NCBI GenBank assembly: GCA_046329175.1
Contig: JAXLVE010000003.1
Location: forward strand, 18,902-82,901
Source: Flavobacteriaceae bacterium
GTDB lineage: Bacteria > Bacteroidota > Bacteroidia > Flavobacteriales > Flavobacteriaceae
Length of the DNA: 64,000 nt
Direction: 5' to 3'
The first letter of the stretch is position 1, and each line of letters opens with the position of its first letter. Of the stretch, positions 1-8,565 are shown piece after piece. A program made the position numbers and the translations under genes. Under the pieces are notes generated by a model that was given only the letters and a program-made list of their open reading frames with translations, did not search any database and was not told the origin of the DNA.

Positions 1-37
1 TATTTTGTTGTGGTTCAAATGATTCTTTTTGTGCTGC

Positions 38-120
38 TGCCCTAGCCCCGATCGAAGCGGTTATCCTTTTGGGTTGGGGTTCAACCCGAAAGATAAGAGC
101 GCAGAGCGGGTTCTTGGCTT
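38..120. repeat. REP-like structured intergenic repeat, subfamily A (copy 1 of 3)
   Basis: Aligns by eye almost base-for-base with 42970-43052 and 60301-60381. Shared flanks are tgccctagccccgatNgNagcgg..atcctttt and aaagat..agcggg. The central hairpin is cttttgggtt/aacccgaaag. It lies immediately 3' of the xth stop. Confidence 0.6.
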
Positions 121-882
121 CTAACTAATTTCAACAGTGGTCGGACAATGATCGGAATGCTTGGCTTCGGGCAAAATGAGCGCACGTTTGATGCGGTTTC
201 GCAACGGTTCGCTGACCAAACAATAATCAATACGCCAACCTTTATTGTTGCCGCGGGCTCCGGCTCGATAACTCCACCAAGTGTAGTTGTGCGGTTCGGG
301 ATTGAGCATTCTAAAACTGTCGATAAAGCCTGATTTCATAAAGCGATCCAGCCAAGCGCGCTCTTCGGGTAAAAAGCCTGAAACGGTTTTGTTGCGCACC
401 GGATCGTGGATGTCAATGGCCTGGTGACAAATGTTGTAATCGCCGCAAATAATCAGATTGGGAATGGTTTTTTTGAGCTCATTGATGTAGCTCTGAAAAT
501 CGTCCATATACATGAATTTGTGGTCAAGCCGGTCGATGTTGGTGCCCGAAGGCAAGTACAAACTCATGACCGAAAAATCGTCAAAATCAACACGCAAATT
601 GCGCCCTTCAAAATCCATGTGGTCAATGCCGGTGCCGAATACGACATTTTTAGGTTGCACTTTAGACAAAATCGCCACACCGCTGTAGCCTTTTTTCTGT
701 GCCGGAAACCAATAGTGATACGGATAACCTGCCAGTTCTAAATCAAGCGTCGGAATTTGATCGGGCGTTGCCTTGATTTCTTGAAGACAAATCACATCGG
801 GGTCTGCGGCTTGCAACCACTGGATGAATCCTTTAGAGATGGCTGCGCGAATTCCGTTGACGTTATAGGAGATTATCTTCAT
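121..882 (-). CDS. xth: exodeoxyribonuclease III (AP endonuclease, ExoIII/APE family)
   Basis: 253 aa. N-terminus is MKIISYNVNGIR...ICLQE and the C-terminus contains RIDY...SDHCP, both typical of the ExoIII/EEP fold. Confidence 0.9.
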   Translation of the reverse strand: MKIISYNVNGIRAAISKGFIQWLQAADPDVICLQEIKATPDQIPTLDLELAGYPYHYWFPAQKKGYSGVAILSKVQPKNVVFGTGIDHMDFEGRNLRVDFDDFSVMSLYLPSGTNIDRLDHKFMYMDDFQSYINELKKTIPNLIICGDYNICHQAIDIHDPVRNKTVSGFLPEERAWLDRFMKSGFIDSFRMLNPEPHNYTWWSYRAGARGNNKGWRIDYCLVSEPLRNRIKRALILPEAKHSDHCPTTVEIS

Positions 883-968
883 TTTTGCATTTTGAAATTA
901 GTGGTTCAAAAGTAATAAAAAAGTGCCGAGGAAATTCAACAAAAGCCTTTCAAAGTAGAGTTTTTTGC

Positions 969-976
969 TATCTTTG
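969..976 (+). promoter_or_regulatory. candidate Bacteroidota sigma-A -7 box (TAnnTTTG)
   Basis: tatctttg matches TAnnTTTG and sits about 31 nt upstream of the ATG at 1007. Confidence 0.3.
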
Positions 977-1006
977 TTTCCGGCTCAATCAATTTAAAAT
1001 TTATTC

Positions 1007-2821
1007 ATGGGTTTAGTTACAGCTAAAGAAGTTGCCAAGGCGATTAATGTCGATAAATACGGCGTTTTTGGCACTTTTACAGGTTGGTTGCTCATGAAGG
1101 TTTTGAAGATTTCTACGCTGAATAAAATCTACGATCGCAACAAACATCTGCGCGATTTGGATTTTCTCAATGCCATCTTAGACGAGTTTCAGATTAAGTT
1201 TGAAATTCCCGAAGAAGACCTCAAACGTTTGCCCAAAGACGGCGCTTATATTACCATTTCAAACCATCCGCTGGGCGGCATTGACGGCATTTTGCTCTTG
1301 AAACTGATGCTGGAGCGCGAGCCGAATTTTAAAATCATCGCCAACTTTTTACTCCATCGCATTGATCCGATGAAACCGTACATCATGCCGGTGAATCCGT
1401 TTGAAAACCACAAAGATGCCAAGTCGAGTGTGGTGGGCATCAAAGAAACGCTGCGTCATTTGAGCGACGGAAAACCGTTGGGTATGTTTCCGGCGGGGGA
1501 AGTTTCTACTTATAAAGATGGCAAACTCGTCGTGGACAGAACATGGGAAGAAGGCGCGATCAAAGTCATTCGCAAAGCCCAAGTGCCCGTAGTTCCGATT
1601 TATTTTCACGCCAAAAACAGCCGCTTGTTTTACTTTTTGTCGAGTTTGAATTCAACTTTGCGCACCGCGAAATTGCCTTCGGAATTACTCACCCAAAAAG
1701 ACCGCGTAATTAAAGTGCGCATCGGGAAACCTATTTCAGTAGCCGAACAAAACGAGCACGCAACCATTGACGAATACTCAGAATTTTTGCGCAAAAAAAC
1801 CTACATGTTGGCCAATTCGTTTGACGATGAAGACAACAAACTTTTGTCTGCGCCCAACCTCAACAGTCTTAAATTACCGCGCAGTCCGAAGCAAATTGCC
1901 ACGCCGGCCAACCGCGAAAAAATGGCTGCCGAAGTGGAGCGTTTGCGCAACTCAGATTGCCGATTGACCGTGAGTAAAAACTACGAAGTATTCTTTACCG
2001 AGGCGCATAAAATTCCGAACATCTTGCATGAAATCGGGCGATTGCGCGAAGTGACTTTTAGAGAAATTGGCGAAGGCACAAACAATTCAATTGACCTCGA
2101 CAAATACGACGAATATTACCACCACATGTTTTTGTGGGACGAAGAAACCCAGCAAATTGCGGGCGCTTATCGCATGGGATTAGGCTCAGAGATATTTACC
2201 AAATACGGCATCAGCGGATTTTATTTGCAGGAATTGTTTCGATTTGAGCCTGAGTTGTTCGATATGATGAGCAAGTCTATTGAAATGGGACGCGCCTTTA
2301 TTACCAAAGAATATCAGCAAAAACCGATGCCGCTGTTCTTGCTTTGGAAAGGAATCGTGCACACGACTTTGCGTCATCCGGAGCATCGATATTTGATTGG
2401 CGGTGTGAGCATCAGCAATCAGTTTACTGAATTCTCAAAATCGCTGATGATTGAGTTTATGAAGTCGCACTATTACGATCCGTATGTAGCACAATATGTC
2501 TATCCGAAAAAAGAATACAAAGTAAAACTCAAAGATGCCGACAAGGATTTTGTATTTGAAGAAGCCGAAGCCGATTTGAACAAATTCGACAAAATCATTG
2601 ATGAAATTGAGCCAGGCACTTTGCGTTTGCCGGTGCTGATCAAAAAATACATCAAGCAAAACGCGCGCGTGATTGCCTTTAATGTCGACCCGCTGTTCAA
2701 CAATGCGGTGGATGGTTTAATGTATATTCGCATTGCCGATTTACCTGAGAGCACCGTCAAACCGGTCATGGAAGAATTTCAGGCAGAACTCGAACGCAAA
2801 CTCGCCGAAAAAGGCGAATAA
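1007..2821 (+). CDS. bifunctional acyltransferase, OlsF-like (PlsC-type O-acyltransferase plus GNAT/OlsB-like N-acyltransferase); amino-acid (ornithine/lysine) lipid synthase candidate
   Basis: 604 aa. The N-terminal half has the HX4D motif (NHPLGGIDG) and PAGE of PlsC acyltransferases. The C-terminal half resembles hemolysin-like/OlsB N-acyltransferases (FREIGEG...WDEE..IAGAYR). Confidence 0.6.
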   Translation: MGLVTAKEVAKAINVDKYGVFGTFTGWLLMKVLKISTLNKIYDRNKHLRDLDFLNAILDEFQIKFEIPEEDLKRLPKDGAYITISNHPLGGIDGILLLKLMLEREPNFKIIANFLLHRIDPMKPYIMPVNPFENHKDAKSSVVGIKETLRHLSDGKPLGMFPAGEVSTYKDGKLVVDRTWEEGAIKVIRKAQVPVVPIYFHAKNSRLFYFLSSLNSTLRTAKLPSELLTQKDRVIKVRIGKPISVAEQNEHATIDEYSEFLRKKTYMLANSFDDEDNKLLSAPNLNSLKLPRSPKQIATPANREKMAAEVERLRNSDCRLTVSKNYEVFFTEAHKIPNILHEIGRLREVTFREIGEGTNNSIDLDKYDEYYHHMFLWDEETQQIAGAYRMGLGSEIFTKYGISGFYLQELFRFEPELFDMMSKSIEMGRAFITKEYQQKPMPLFLLWKGIVHTTLRHPEHRYLIGGVSISNQFTEFSKSLMIEFMKSHYYDPYVAQYVYPKKEYKVKLKDADKDFVFEEAEADLNKFDKIIDEIEPGTLRLPVLIKKYIKQNARVIAFNVDPLFNNAVDGLMYIRIADLPESTVKPVMEEFQAELERKLAEKGE

Positions 2822-2833
2822 ATATTCATTACA

Positions 2834-3040
2834 ATGAGCGCATCTAAAACTCCGCAACCTGTTTCGGTTTCTAACCACGAATTAGTTTGTCCGATTTGTA
2901 GAAACAATTTATTTTATACCAGACAAGCCCAACTTAACACAGCAGTTGCTTCTTTTTTCAATCTAGATTGGGCTAATAAAAGCGCCACTTGTTTTGTGTG
3001 TTCAGAATGCACGCACATTTCGTGGTTTTTGGGTAAATAG
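2834..3040 (+). CDS. small zinc-ribbon-like hypothetical protein
   Basis: 68 aa with two Cys pairs (CPIC ... CFVCSEC). Starts 12 nt after the upstream gene. Confidence 0.4.
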   Translation: MSASKTPQPVSVSNHELVCPICRNNLFYTRQAQLNTAVASFFNLDWANKSATCFVCSECTHISWFLGK

Positions 3041-3421
3041 TTATTCTTTAATACGCCACGGCGGATTGAGTCTGTTTTCGCCGGCATAATACAAAATGAG
3101 TTGATGCCCGTCTGGATCTTTTAGCCGCGATTCCCGCCAAAGCCAAGGTTTATCGTTGGGCAATTCTTCAAAATCAAAACCTGCTTTTTGCAATTCGTGT
3201 ACTTTTTGGTCGAGGTTTTCGATTTCAAAATAAATCCAACAGCCTGAATTTATTTTCTCTTCTTCGAGATGTAACGAAAATGTAGTTTGACTATCCGGAC
3301 ATACAAAACGAGCATAATGCGGCGCAGAATAAACAATAAGTTCAAGACCGAGTTTCTTATAAAAATCTACCGAGCGGTCTAAATCTTTGGTGGGTAGGGT
3401 GAGTTGATTGAGGTTCATCAA
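3041..3421 (-). CDS. VOC (glyoxalase/bleomycin-resistance/dioxygenase) family protein
   Basis: 126 aa. Begins LTLPTKDLDRSVDFYKKLGL and ends DPDGHQLILY, typical of paired beta-alpha-beta-beta-beta VOC modules. Confidence 0.75.
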   Translation of the reverse strand: MMNLNQLTLPTKDLDRSVDFYKKLGLELIVYSAPHYARFVCPDSQTTFSLHLEEEKINSGCWIYFEIENLDQKVHELQKAGFDFEELPNDKPWLWRESRLKDPDGHQLILYYAGENRLNPPWRIKE

Positions 3422-3430
3422 GGCCGATTT

Positions 3431-3727
3431 TTAAAACCAGCCCTTTTTGTTTACCTGATACATTTGATAGAATTCTTCATCGGTTTTGGTCAGATAGATG
3501 ATGCCTTCAATCAGGCCAATCAAACTGCCGGCGATTCCACAGGTAATGATGCTAAAAACAATTTGAAGAATTCCTTCGGTGGTATAACCTAAAACAAATT
3601 TGTGGACGCCCAAACCTCCAAGTAAAATAGCCAGAATTCCAGCGGCTACTTTTTTGTTGTCAGGACGATATTGCGGTTGTGGTTCAGGTTGTGGCTGATT
3701 CCAAGCTTCGAATTTTTGTTCTTCCAT
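3431..3727 (-). CDS. TM2 domain-containing membrane protein
   Basis: 98 aa. A Pro/Gln-rich N-terminus is followed by two TM helices with a GLGVHKF motif characteristic of TM2 domains. Confidence 0.65.
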   Translation of the reverse strand: MEEQKFEAWNQPQPEPQPQYRPDNKKVAAGILAILLGGLGVHKFVLGYTTEGILQIVFSIITCGIAGSLIGLIEGIIYLTKTDEEFYQMYQVNKKGWF

Positions 3728-3769
3728 GATGTTTGTTTTAAAGTTAGCGTCATAAAAGTAAAAAAAGTT

Positions 3770-5131
3770 TTATAAAAAAGCACGGTCGTAGGCTTGCCAA
3801 AGTTCAATTTTATTTCCTTCCGGGTCGAGTATCCAACCAAACTTACCATAATCATAGCTTTGCGGTTCGCCAACTAAAGTTACACCCGATTGTCGCAATT
3901 TTTCGAGCAAAGCTTCTAAGTCATTCACGCGATAGTTGAGCATGAGCGGAGCTTGACTGGGTTCAAAATACTTGGTATCATCAGCAAACAACGACCATTG
4001 TGTCATGGCATCATTACCTTGCGGGTCTTTCCACCAAAATGAACAACCGTAATCATCTACCGGCAAACCCAAATGTTCGGCGTACCAAGCTTTGAGTTCT
4101 TTAGGGTTTTTAGCTTTGAAAAATACGCCGCCAATTCCGGTGACTTTGGGTTTTTCAGGCTCAGCTGTACTGATGCCAAAAATCTGTTCTTTGATTTTAT
4201 CGACAATGACTTGCGCCAATCGCTCGTGACTTTCAAACGTCCAACCGGCGATGTGCGGCGTAAGCAAAACGTTCGAAGCTTTGAGCAAATACTGATAAGC
4301 CTCAGGCAAAGTTTCACTGTTCAGGGTTTCAAACGATAGATTTTCATATTCAATCACGTCGAGCCCAACGCCGAGAATTTTATGGGTTTTAAGCGCAGTA
4401 ACCAAATCAGCAGTAACCACATTTTTGCCGCGCGAAGTATTGATCAGCCAAAACGGCTTGGCAAAAGCATTGATGAAATCAGCATTGACCAGGCCATTGG
4501 TTTGTTCGGTCCAAGGGATATGCAAACTGAGCACATCGGCTTTTTGCTGCAATTCTTCGAGTGAAACTTGCTTAGCGTTGGCATCGCCTACATGTTCTAA
4601 AATGTCATAACACAAAACTTCCACATCAAAACCACGGAGCTTTTTAGCAAAAGATTTTCCCATGTTTCCATAACCGATGATTCCGACGGTTTTGCCATCG
4701 AGTTCGTGTCCGCGGTTGCCCTCGCGGTTTCGGACGCCTTGTCTGATTTGCGCATCGGCCTCATTGAGATGATTAAAAAGAGAAAGCAACATGCCCAAAG
4801 CGTGTTCGCCCACCGCGTTTCTGTTGCCTTCAGGCGCGGCAATGAGCGCAATGTTTTTTTCTTGGGCGGCGGCCAGGTCAATGCTTTCGAGTCCGGCGCC
4901 GACGCGGGCGATGAATTTGAGTTGGGTGGCTTTTTCTAAAAAAGCGCGATCTATAGAAAATCGGCTGCGAATAACAATACCATGATATTCATGGATTTTA
5001 GCTTCAACTTCAGCTTTGGAAGAAGTGTAATCTTGGTGGTTTTCACAGCCTAATTCTTGCAATTGTTGCCACAAAAGCGGATGGTTGCTGTCGAGATGAA
5101 GGATTTTGAGTGGTGTGTTTTCGCTGCTCAT
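3770..5131 (-). CDS. D-isomer-specific 2-hydroxyacid dehydrogenase (SerA-like) fused to a C-terminal VOC/glyoxalase domain
   Basis: 453 aa. Residues 1 to about 320 carry the GIIGYGNMG NAD-binding loop and a PHIAGWT catalytic His region. Roughly the last 125 aa carry VOC motifs (GIGGVFFKAKNP..., DPEGNKIELWQ). Confidence 0.8.
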   Translation of the reverse strand: MSSENTPLKILHLDSNHPLLWQQLQELGCENHQDYTSSKAEVEAKIHEYHGIVIRSRFSIDRAFLEKATQLKFIARVGAGLESIDLAAAQEKNIALIAAPEGNRNAVGEHALGMLLSLFNHLNEADAQIRQGVRNREGNRGHELDGKTVGIIGYGNMGKSFAKKLRGFDVEVLCYDILEHVGDANAKQVSLEELQQKADVLSLHIPWTEQTNGLVNADFINAFAKPFWLINTSRGKNVVTADLVTALKTHKILGVGLDVIEYENLSFETLNSETLPEAYQYLLKASNVLLTPHIAGWTFESHERLAQVIVDKIKEQIFGISTAEPEKPKVTGIGGVFFKAKNPKELKAWYAEHLGLPVDDYGCSFWWKDPQGNDAMTQWSLFADDTKYFEPSQAPLMLNYRVNDLEALLEKLRQSGVTLVGEPQSYDYGKFGWILDPEGNKIELWQAYDRAFL

Positions 5132-5180
5132 TCTTAGACGTAATGGTTGTCAAAAATACAAATAAGATTCAGAGAAAACG

Positions 5181-5268
5181 CATGCGTGAGGGATGGCAGC
5201 GGCATCCTTTTCTGAAATGCAATGAAAGAAAAGATAAAGCGAACAGCCCGACCCGAAGGGGCACGCCC
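5181..5268. repeat. REP-like structured intergenic repeat, subfamily B (copy 1 of 3)
   Basis: gcgtgagggatggcagcggcatccttttct...agaaaagataaagcgaacagcccgacccgaaggggcacgccc. Aligns with 34984-35073 and, less well, with 33602-33682. Lies 3' of the proC stop. Confidence 0.6.
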
Positions 5269-5275
5269 AAAAACT

Positions 5276-6049
5276 CTATTCTTTTATTTTGTTGAGCGAT
5301 GTTTTGATGCCTTTGATGAGTGACGAACTAAAGCCTTGATGTTCCATTTCATTGAGCCCGACGATGGTGCAGCCTTGCGGTGTGGTTACGCGATCAATGA
5401 GTTGTTCTGGGTGGATTTTTTCTTCGAGCAACATGCGCGCTGCTCCTTTGGCGGTTTGGGCCGCGATGGCTAGTGCGGTTTGCGAATCAAAACCGATTTC
5501 GATTCCGGCTTGCATTGAGGCGCGAACATAACGCAAAGCATACGCAGTTCCGCAAGCGCCGAGCACCGTTGCGGCATCCATGAGTTTTTCTTCAATAATC
5601 GGAGCCGTGCCGAGTTGAGTAAATAACGCGACGACACTTTCAGCCGATTTTTGATCTTGGGTTTGATACGAAATACACGTAGCCGATTCGCCAAATTGAA
5701 TGGCAATATTAGGCATGATGCGCACCACCGGAAGGTCATTCTCGAGCATGGTGCGAATGTCTGTCAAAGAACAACCGCTCACCGCTGAGGCAATGATTTG
5801 CGCTTTGAGCTGCGGTTTGATTTCTTGTAAAACTGTTTGAACTTGATAAGGTTTGATGGCCAAAATGACCACATCGGCCTCATGGATGTTTTGGATATTG
5901 TTACTCGAAACCGTGATTCCGTGATTTTGCAAATGCGCTATGGCATCAGCCTGACGACGCGTAACGGTAACCGAATGTTGTGTATATTTTGAAATACCTA
6001 ATGCAATGGCGACTCCTAAGTTGCCACCGCCGATGATGTGAACGTTCAT
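5276..6049 (-). CDS. proC: pyrroline-5-carboxylate reductase
   Basis: 257 aa. N-terminal IIGGGNLG Rossmann loop and a C-terminal TTPQGCT motif typical of P5CR. Confidence 0.85.
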   Translation of the reverse strand: MNVHIIGGGNLGVAIALGISKYTQHSVTVTRRQADAIAHLQNHGITVSSNNIQNIHEADVVILAIKPYQVQTVLQEIKPQLKAQIIASAVSGCSLTDIRTMLENDLPVVRIMPNIAIQFGESATCISYQTQDQKSAESVVALFTQLGTAPIIEEKLMDAATVLGACGTAYALRYVRASMQAGIEIGFDSQTALAIAAQTAKGAARMLLEEKIHPEQLIDRVTTPQGCTIVGLNEMEHQGFSSSLIKGIKTSLNKIKE

Positions 6050-6061
6050 AATTTTTGGTTT

Positions 6062-7411
6062 TTAGAATCCTAGTATGAGTCGGGCAATGGTAAAATAAAG
6101 AACAATCCCGAATACGTCATTGGTGGTCGTGATAAAAGGACCCGTTGCGATGGCGGGGTCAATTTTGTTTCGGTGCAAAAACAGCGGAACCAAAGTGCCC
6201 AAAGTAGCTGCAAACAAAATCACCACTATAATAGAAATAGATATGGCCAAACCAACTTGATATTGTTGGTACATCACCGAATGATACAACAACAAAAACA
6301 TCGAAATGATGGTACCCGATATCATGGCCACGGTGAGTTCTTTGCTGAAGTATTGTTTGCTGAATTCTTTGAGCGTTCCGTTGGCCAAACCTTGTACGAC
6401 AATCGCCGAAGCCTGAACGCCAATGTTTCCGGCGGTGGCCGAGAGCAGTGGTACAAAGATGATTAACGTAGAATATTTTTGAAAAGCGACTTCGTTGCCT
6501 TTGAGTACATAGGAGGCGACAATTTCAATAACCATCCCTATGAGTAGCCACGGCAAACGCGCTTTGGTGAGTTCAAGAACGCTGTCATTAGCCTCAACGT
6601 CTTGGGTAATACCCGCTGCCAATTGGTAATCTTTGTCGGCTTCTTCTTTAATCACATCCACGATGTCATCAATGGTGATGCGGCCTACCAAACGCCCGAG
6701 TTCATCGACCACGGGAATCGCCTCAAGGTCATATTTTTGCATGATGCGCGCAACTTCAATATCTTCGGTATCTACCTTAACATAGTTGAGTTTGCTGATA
6801 TATACATCGCGAATTGGCGTTTTGGTGGAAGTCGTGAGCAAGTCTTTGAGCGACAAACGGCCTTTGAGTCGGTCTTCGTCATCGACCACATAAATCGAAT
6901 GCACGCGCGAGATGTTCTCGGCCTGAATGCGCATTTCTTTCACACAAGTGAGCACGTTCCAGTTTTCGTTGACCTTCACGAGCTCTTTGTGCATGATCCC
7001 GCCAGCAGTGTCTTCTTTGTAACGCAACAAATCGACAATGTCTTTGGCGTGCTCTACATCTTCAAGCTCTTGAATTACTTCTTCTTTCTTGGCTTGTGAA
7101 AGTTCGGCAATGATATCGGCCGCATCGTTGGTCTCGAGTTCGTCGAGCTCTTCGGCAATTTCTTTTGGCGATAGACGACTGAGGATGTTCTCGCGCAAAT
7201 CGTCTTCAAGTTCCAGGAGAATCTCGGCCGTTTTTTCGCTGTCGAGCACCTTGAAAATATAGGTAGCGTCGTCAAAGTCAAGCTCGTCGAGAATTTCAGC
7301 AATATCCGCGTGGTGCAAGTCATTCAACAAGGCTTCGAGTTGCTCGTCCTTTTTGGTTTGAATGAGTTGCTCCAGTTCTTGGATCAGTTCTTTGCTGATT
7401 TTAAACTCCAT
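6062..7411 (-). CDS. mgtE: magnesium transporter MgtE
   Basis: 449 aa. Acidic MgtE N-domain, a CBS pair and five C-terminal TM helices with the TTTNDV-like motif ([11 protein letters not shown]). Confidence 0.9.
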   Translation of the reverse strand: MEFKISKELIQELEQLIQTKKDEQLEALLNDLHHADIAEILDELDFDDATYIFKVLDSEKTAEILLELEDDLRENILSRLSPKEIAEELDELETNDAADIIAELSQAKKEEVIQELEDVEHAKDIVDLLRYKEDTAGGIMHKELVKVNENWNVLTCVKEMRIQAENISRVHSIYVVDDEDRLKGRLSLKDLLTTSTKTPIRDVYISKLNYVKVDTEDIEVARIMQKYDLEAIPVVDELGRLVGRITIDDIVDVIKEEADKDYQLAAGITQDVEANDSVLELTKARLPWLLIGMVIEIVASYVLKGNEVAFQKYSTLIIFVPLLSATAGNIGVQASAIVVQGLANGTLKEFSKQYFSKELTVAMISGTIISMFLLLYHSVMYQQYQVGLAISISIIVVILFAATLGTLVPLFLHRNKIDPAIATGPFITTTNDVFGIVLYFTIARLILGF

Positions 7412-8180
7412 CGGCCTGAATTTTTTGCGTCAGTTCAATAAATTGCTCGACCGAAAGTTGCTCCGGCCGGAGGTCAAAGATAGTATCTTCTCGTAAATTA
7501 TCGGACAAATTTAGCGATTTTAAACTGTTGCGAAGCGTTTTGCGGCGCTGTTGGAAAGCCGTTTTGACCACTGTGAAAAATAGTTTCTCTTCACACGGCA
7601 AATGATAATTTTCTTTGCGGATAAGTCTAAGCACACCCGATTTTACTTTGGGCGGCGGATTAAAAACGTGTTCGCCCACGGTAAAAAGATATTCCGCATC
7701 ATAAAACGCTTGCGTTAAAACCGAGAGAATTCCATAGGTTTTACTACCTTTTTTTTCGCAAATTCGCTCGGCGACTTCTTTTTGAAACATCCCAGAAAAT
7801 TCAGGAATTTGTGCCCGAAGCTCCAGCGTTTTAAAGACAATTTGCGAGGAAATATTATACGGAAAGTTTCCGATGATGGCCAATGGTTCATCTTTAAAAA
7901 CTTCGTTGAGGTTGTATTTGAGAAAATCCTTCGAAAGAATTTTTCCGTGCAATTTAGGATAGTGTTGCTCGAGATAAGCCACCGACTCGGTATCGATTTC
8001 AATTACGTAGGTATCTAGTGGTTTTTCGAGTAAATATTTAGTCAAAACACCCATGCCCGGTCCAATTTCGAGCACCTTCTGGTATCCGTTCAAGGTAAGC
8101 GTATCGGCGATTTTGGCTGCTATATTCTCGTCTTTGAGAAAGTGCTGTCCGAGGTGTTTTTTGGCCGTAACTTTATCCAT
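7401..8180 (-). CDS. rsmA: 16S rRNA (adenine1518/1519-N6)-dimethyltransferase
   Basis: 259 aa. [16 protein letters not shown] and NFPYNISS motifs of KsgA/RsmA. Its 3' end overlaps the mgtE start by 11 nt. Confidence 0.9.
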   Translation of the reverse strand: MDKVTAKKHLGQHFLKDENIAAKIADTLTLNGYQKVLEIGPGMGVLTKYLLEKPLDTYVIEIDTESVAYLEQHYPKLHGKILSKDFLKYNLNEVFKDEPLAIIGNFPYNISSQIVFKTLELRAQIPEFSGMFQKEVAERICEKKGSKTYGILSVLTQAFYDAEYLFTVGEHVFNPPPKVKSGVLRLIRKENYHLPCEEKLFFTVVKTAFQQRRKTLRNSLKSLNLSDNLREDTIFDLRPEQLSVEQFIELTQKIQADGV

Positions 8181-8197
8181 GTTTGAGGCGTTTATAA

Positions 8198-8524
8198 TTA
8201 ATTATTGTTCTGCCAAAACTCTGAAACCAACTCGAGTTCAGTTCTAAACGCGACCATTTTATCGCCAAACAAACGTGCGCCTTCTTCGCGCAAACGCGGC
8301 GCATCTTCGAGGTAATATTTGTCTAAAGTATCCTTGCTGTCGGTGGTATACTGAATGGCGTAGGTTGTGCCGCCCATTTCTTCGGTAATGAGTACTTTAA
8401 TCAGACGAGCCGAGGTGAATTTTCCGGTGGCCAAAACCTCAGGAATGTGTTTTTCTTGCATCCAGTTGAGCCAAATGTCATGCACGCTGTTGTCAATATT
8501 GATGGTGACGTTGTAAAGAATCAT
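8198..8524 (-). CDS. DUF4286-like protein
   Basis: 108 aa. [11 protein letters not shown]...[15 protein letters not shown] matches my recollection of the DUF4286 family common in Flavobacteriia. Confidence 0.6.
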   Translation of the reverse strand: MILYNVTINIDNSVHDIWLNWMQEKHIPEVLATGKFTSARLIKVLITEEMGGTTYAIQYTTDSKDTLDKYYLEDAPRLREEGARLFGDKMVAFRTELELVSEFWQNNN

Positions 8525-8565
8525 TTTGTTTGGTTTTAAAGACGACGCCCGGCATCATCTCAGAT

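Noticed and set aside
5110-5295. 61-aa ORF (…REGWQRHPFLKCNERKDKANSPTRRGTPKN…).
   Set aside because: It is simply the translation of REP-like element B1. Equivalent pseudo-peptides arise from the other copies in varying frames, so the conservation is at the nucleotide and structure level.
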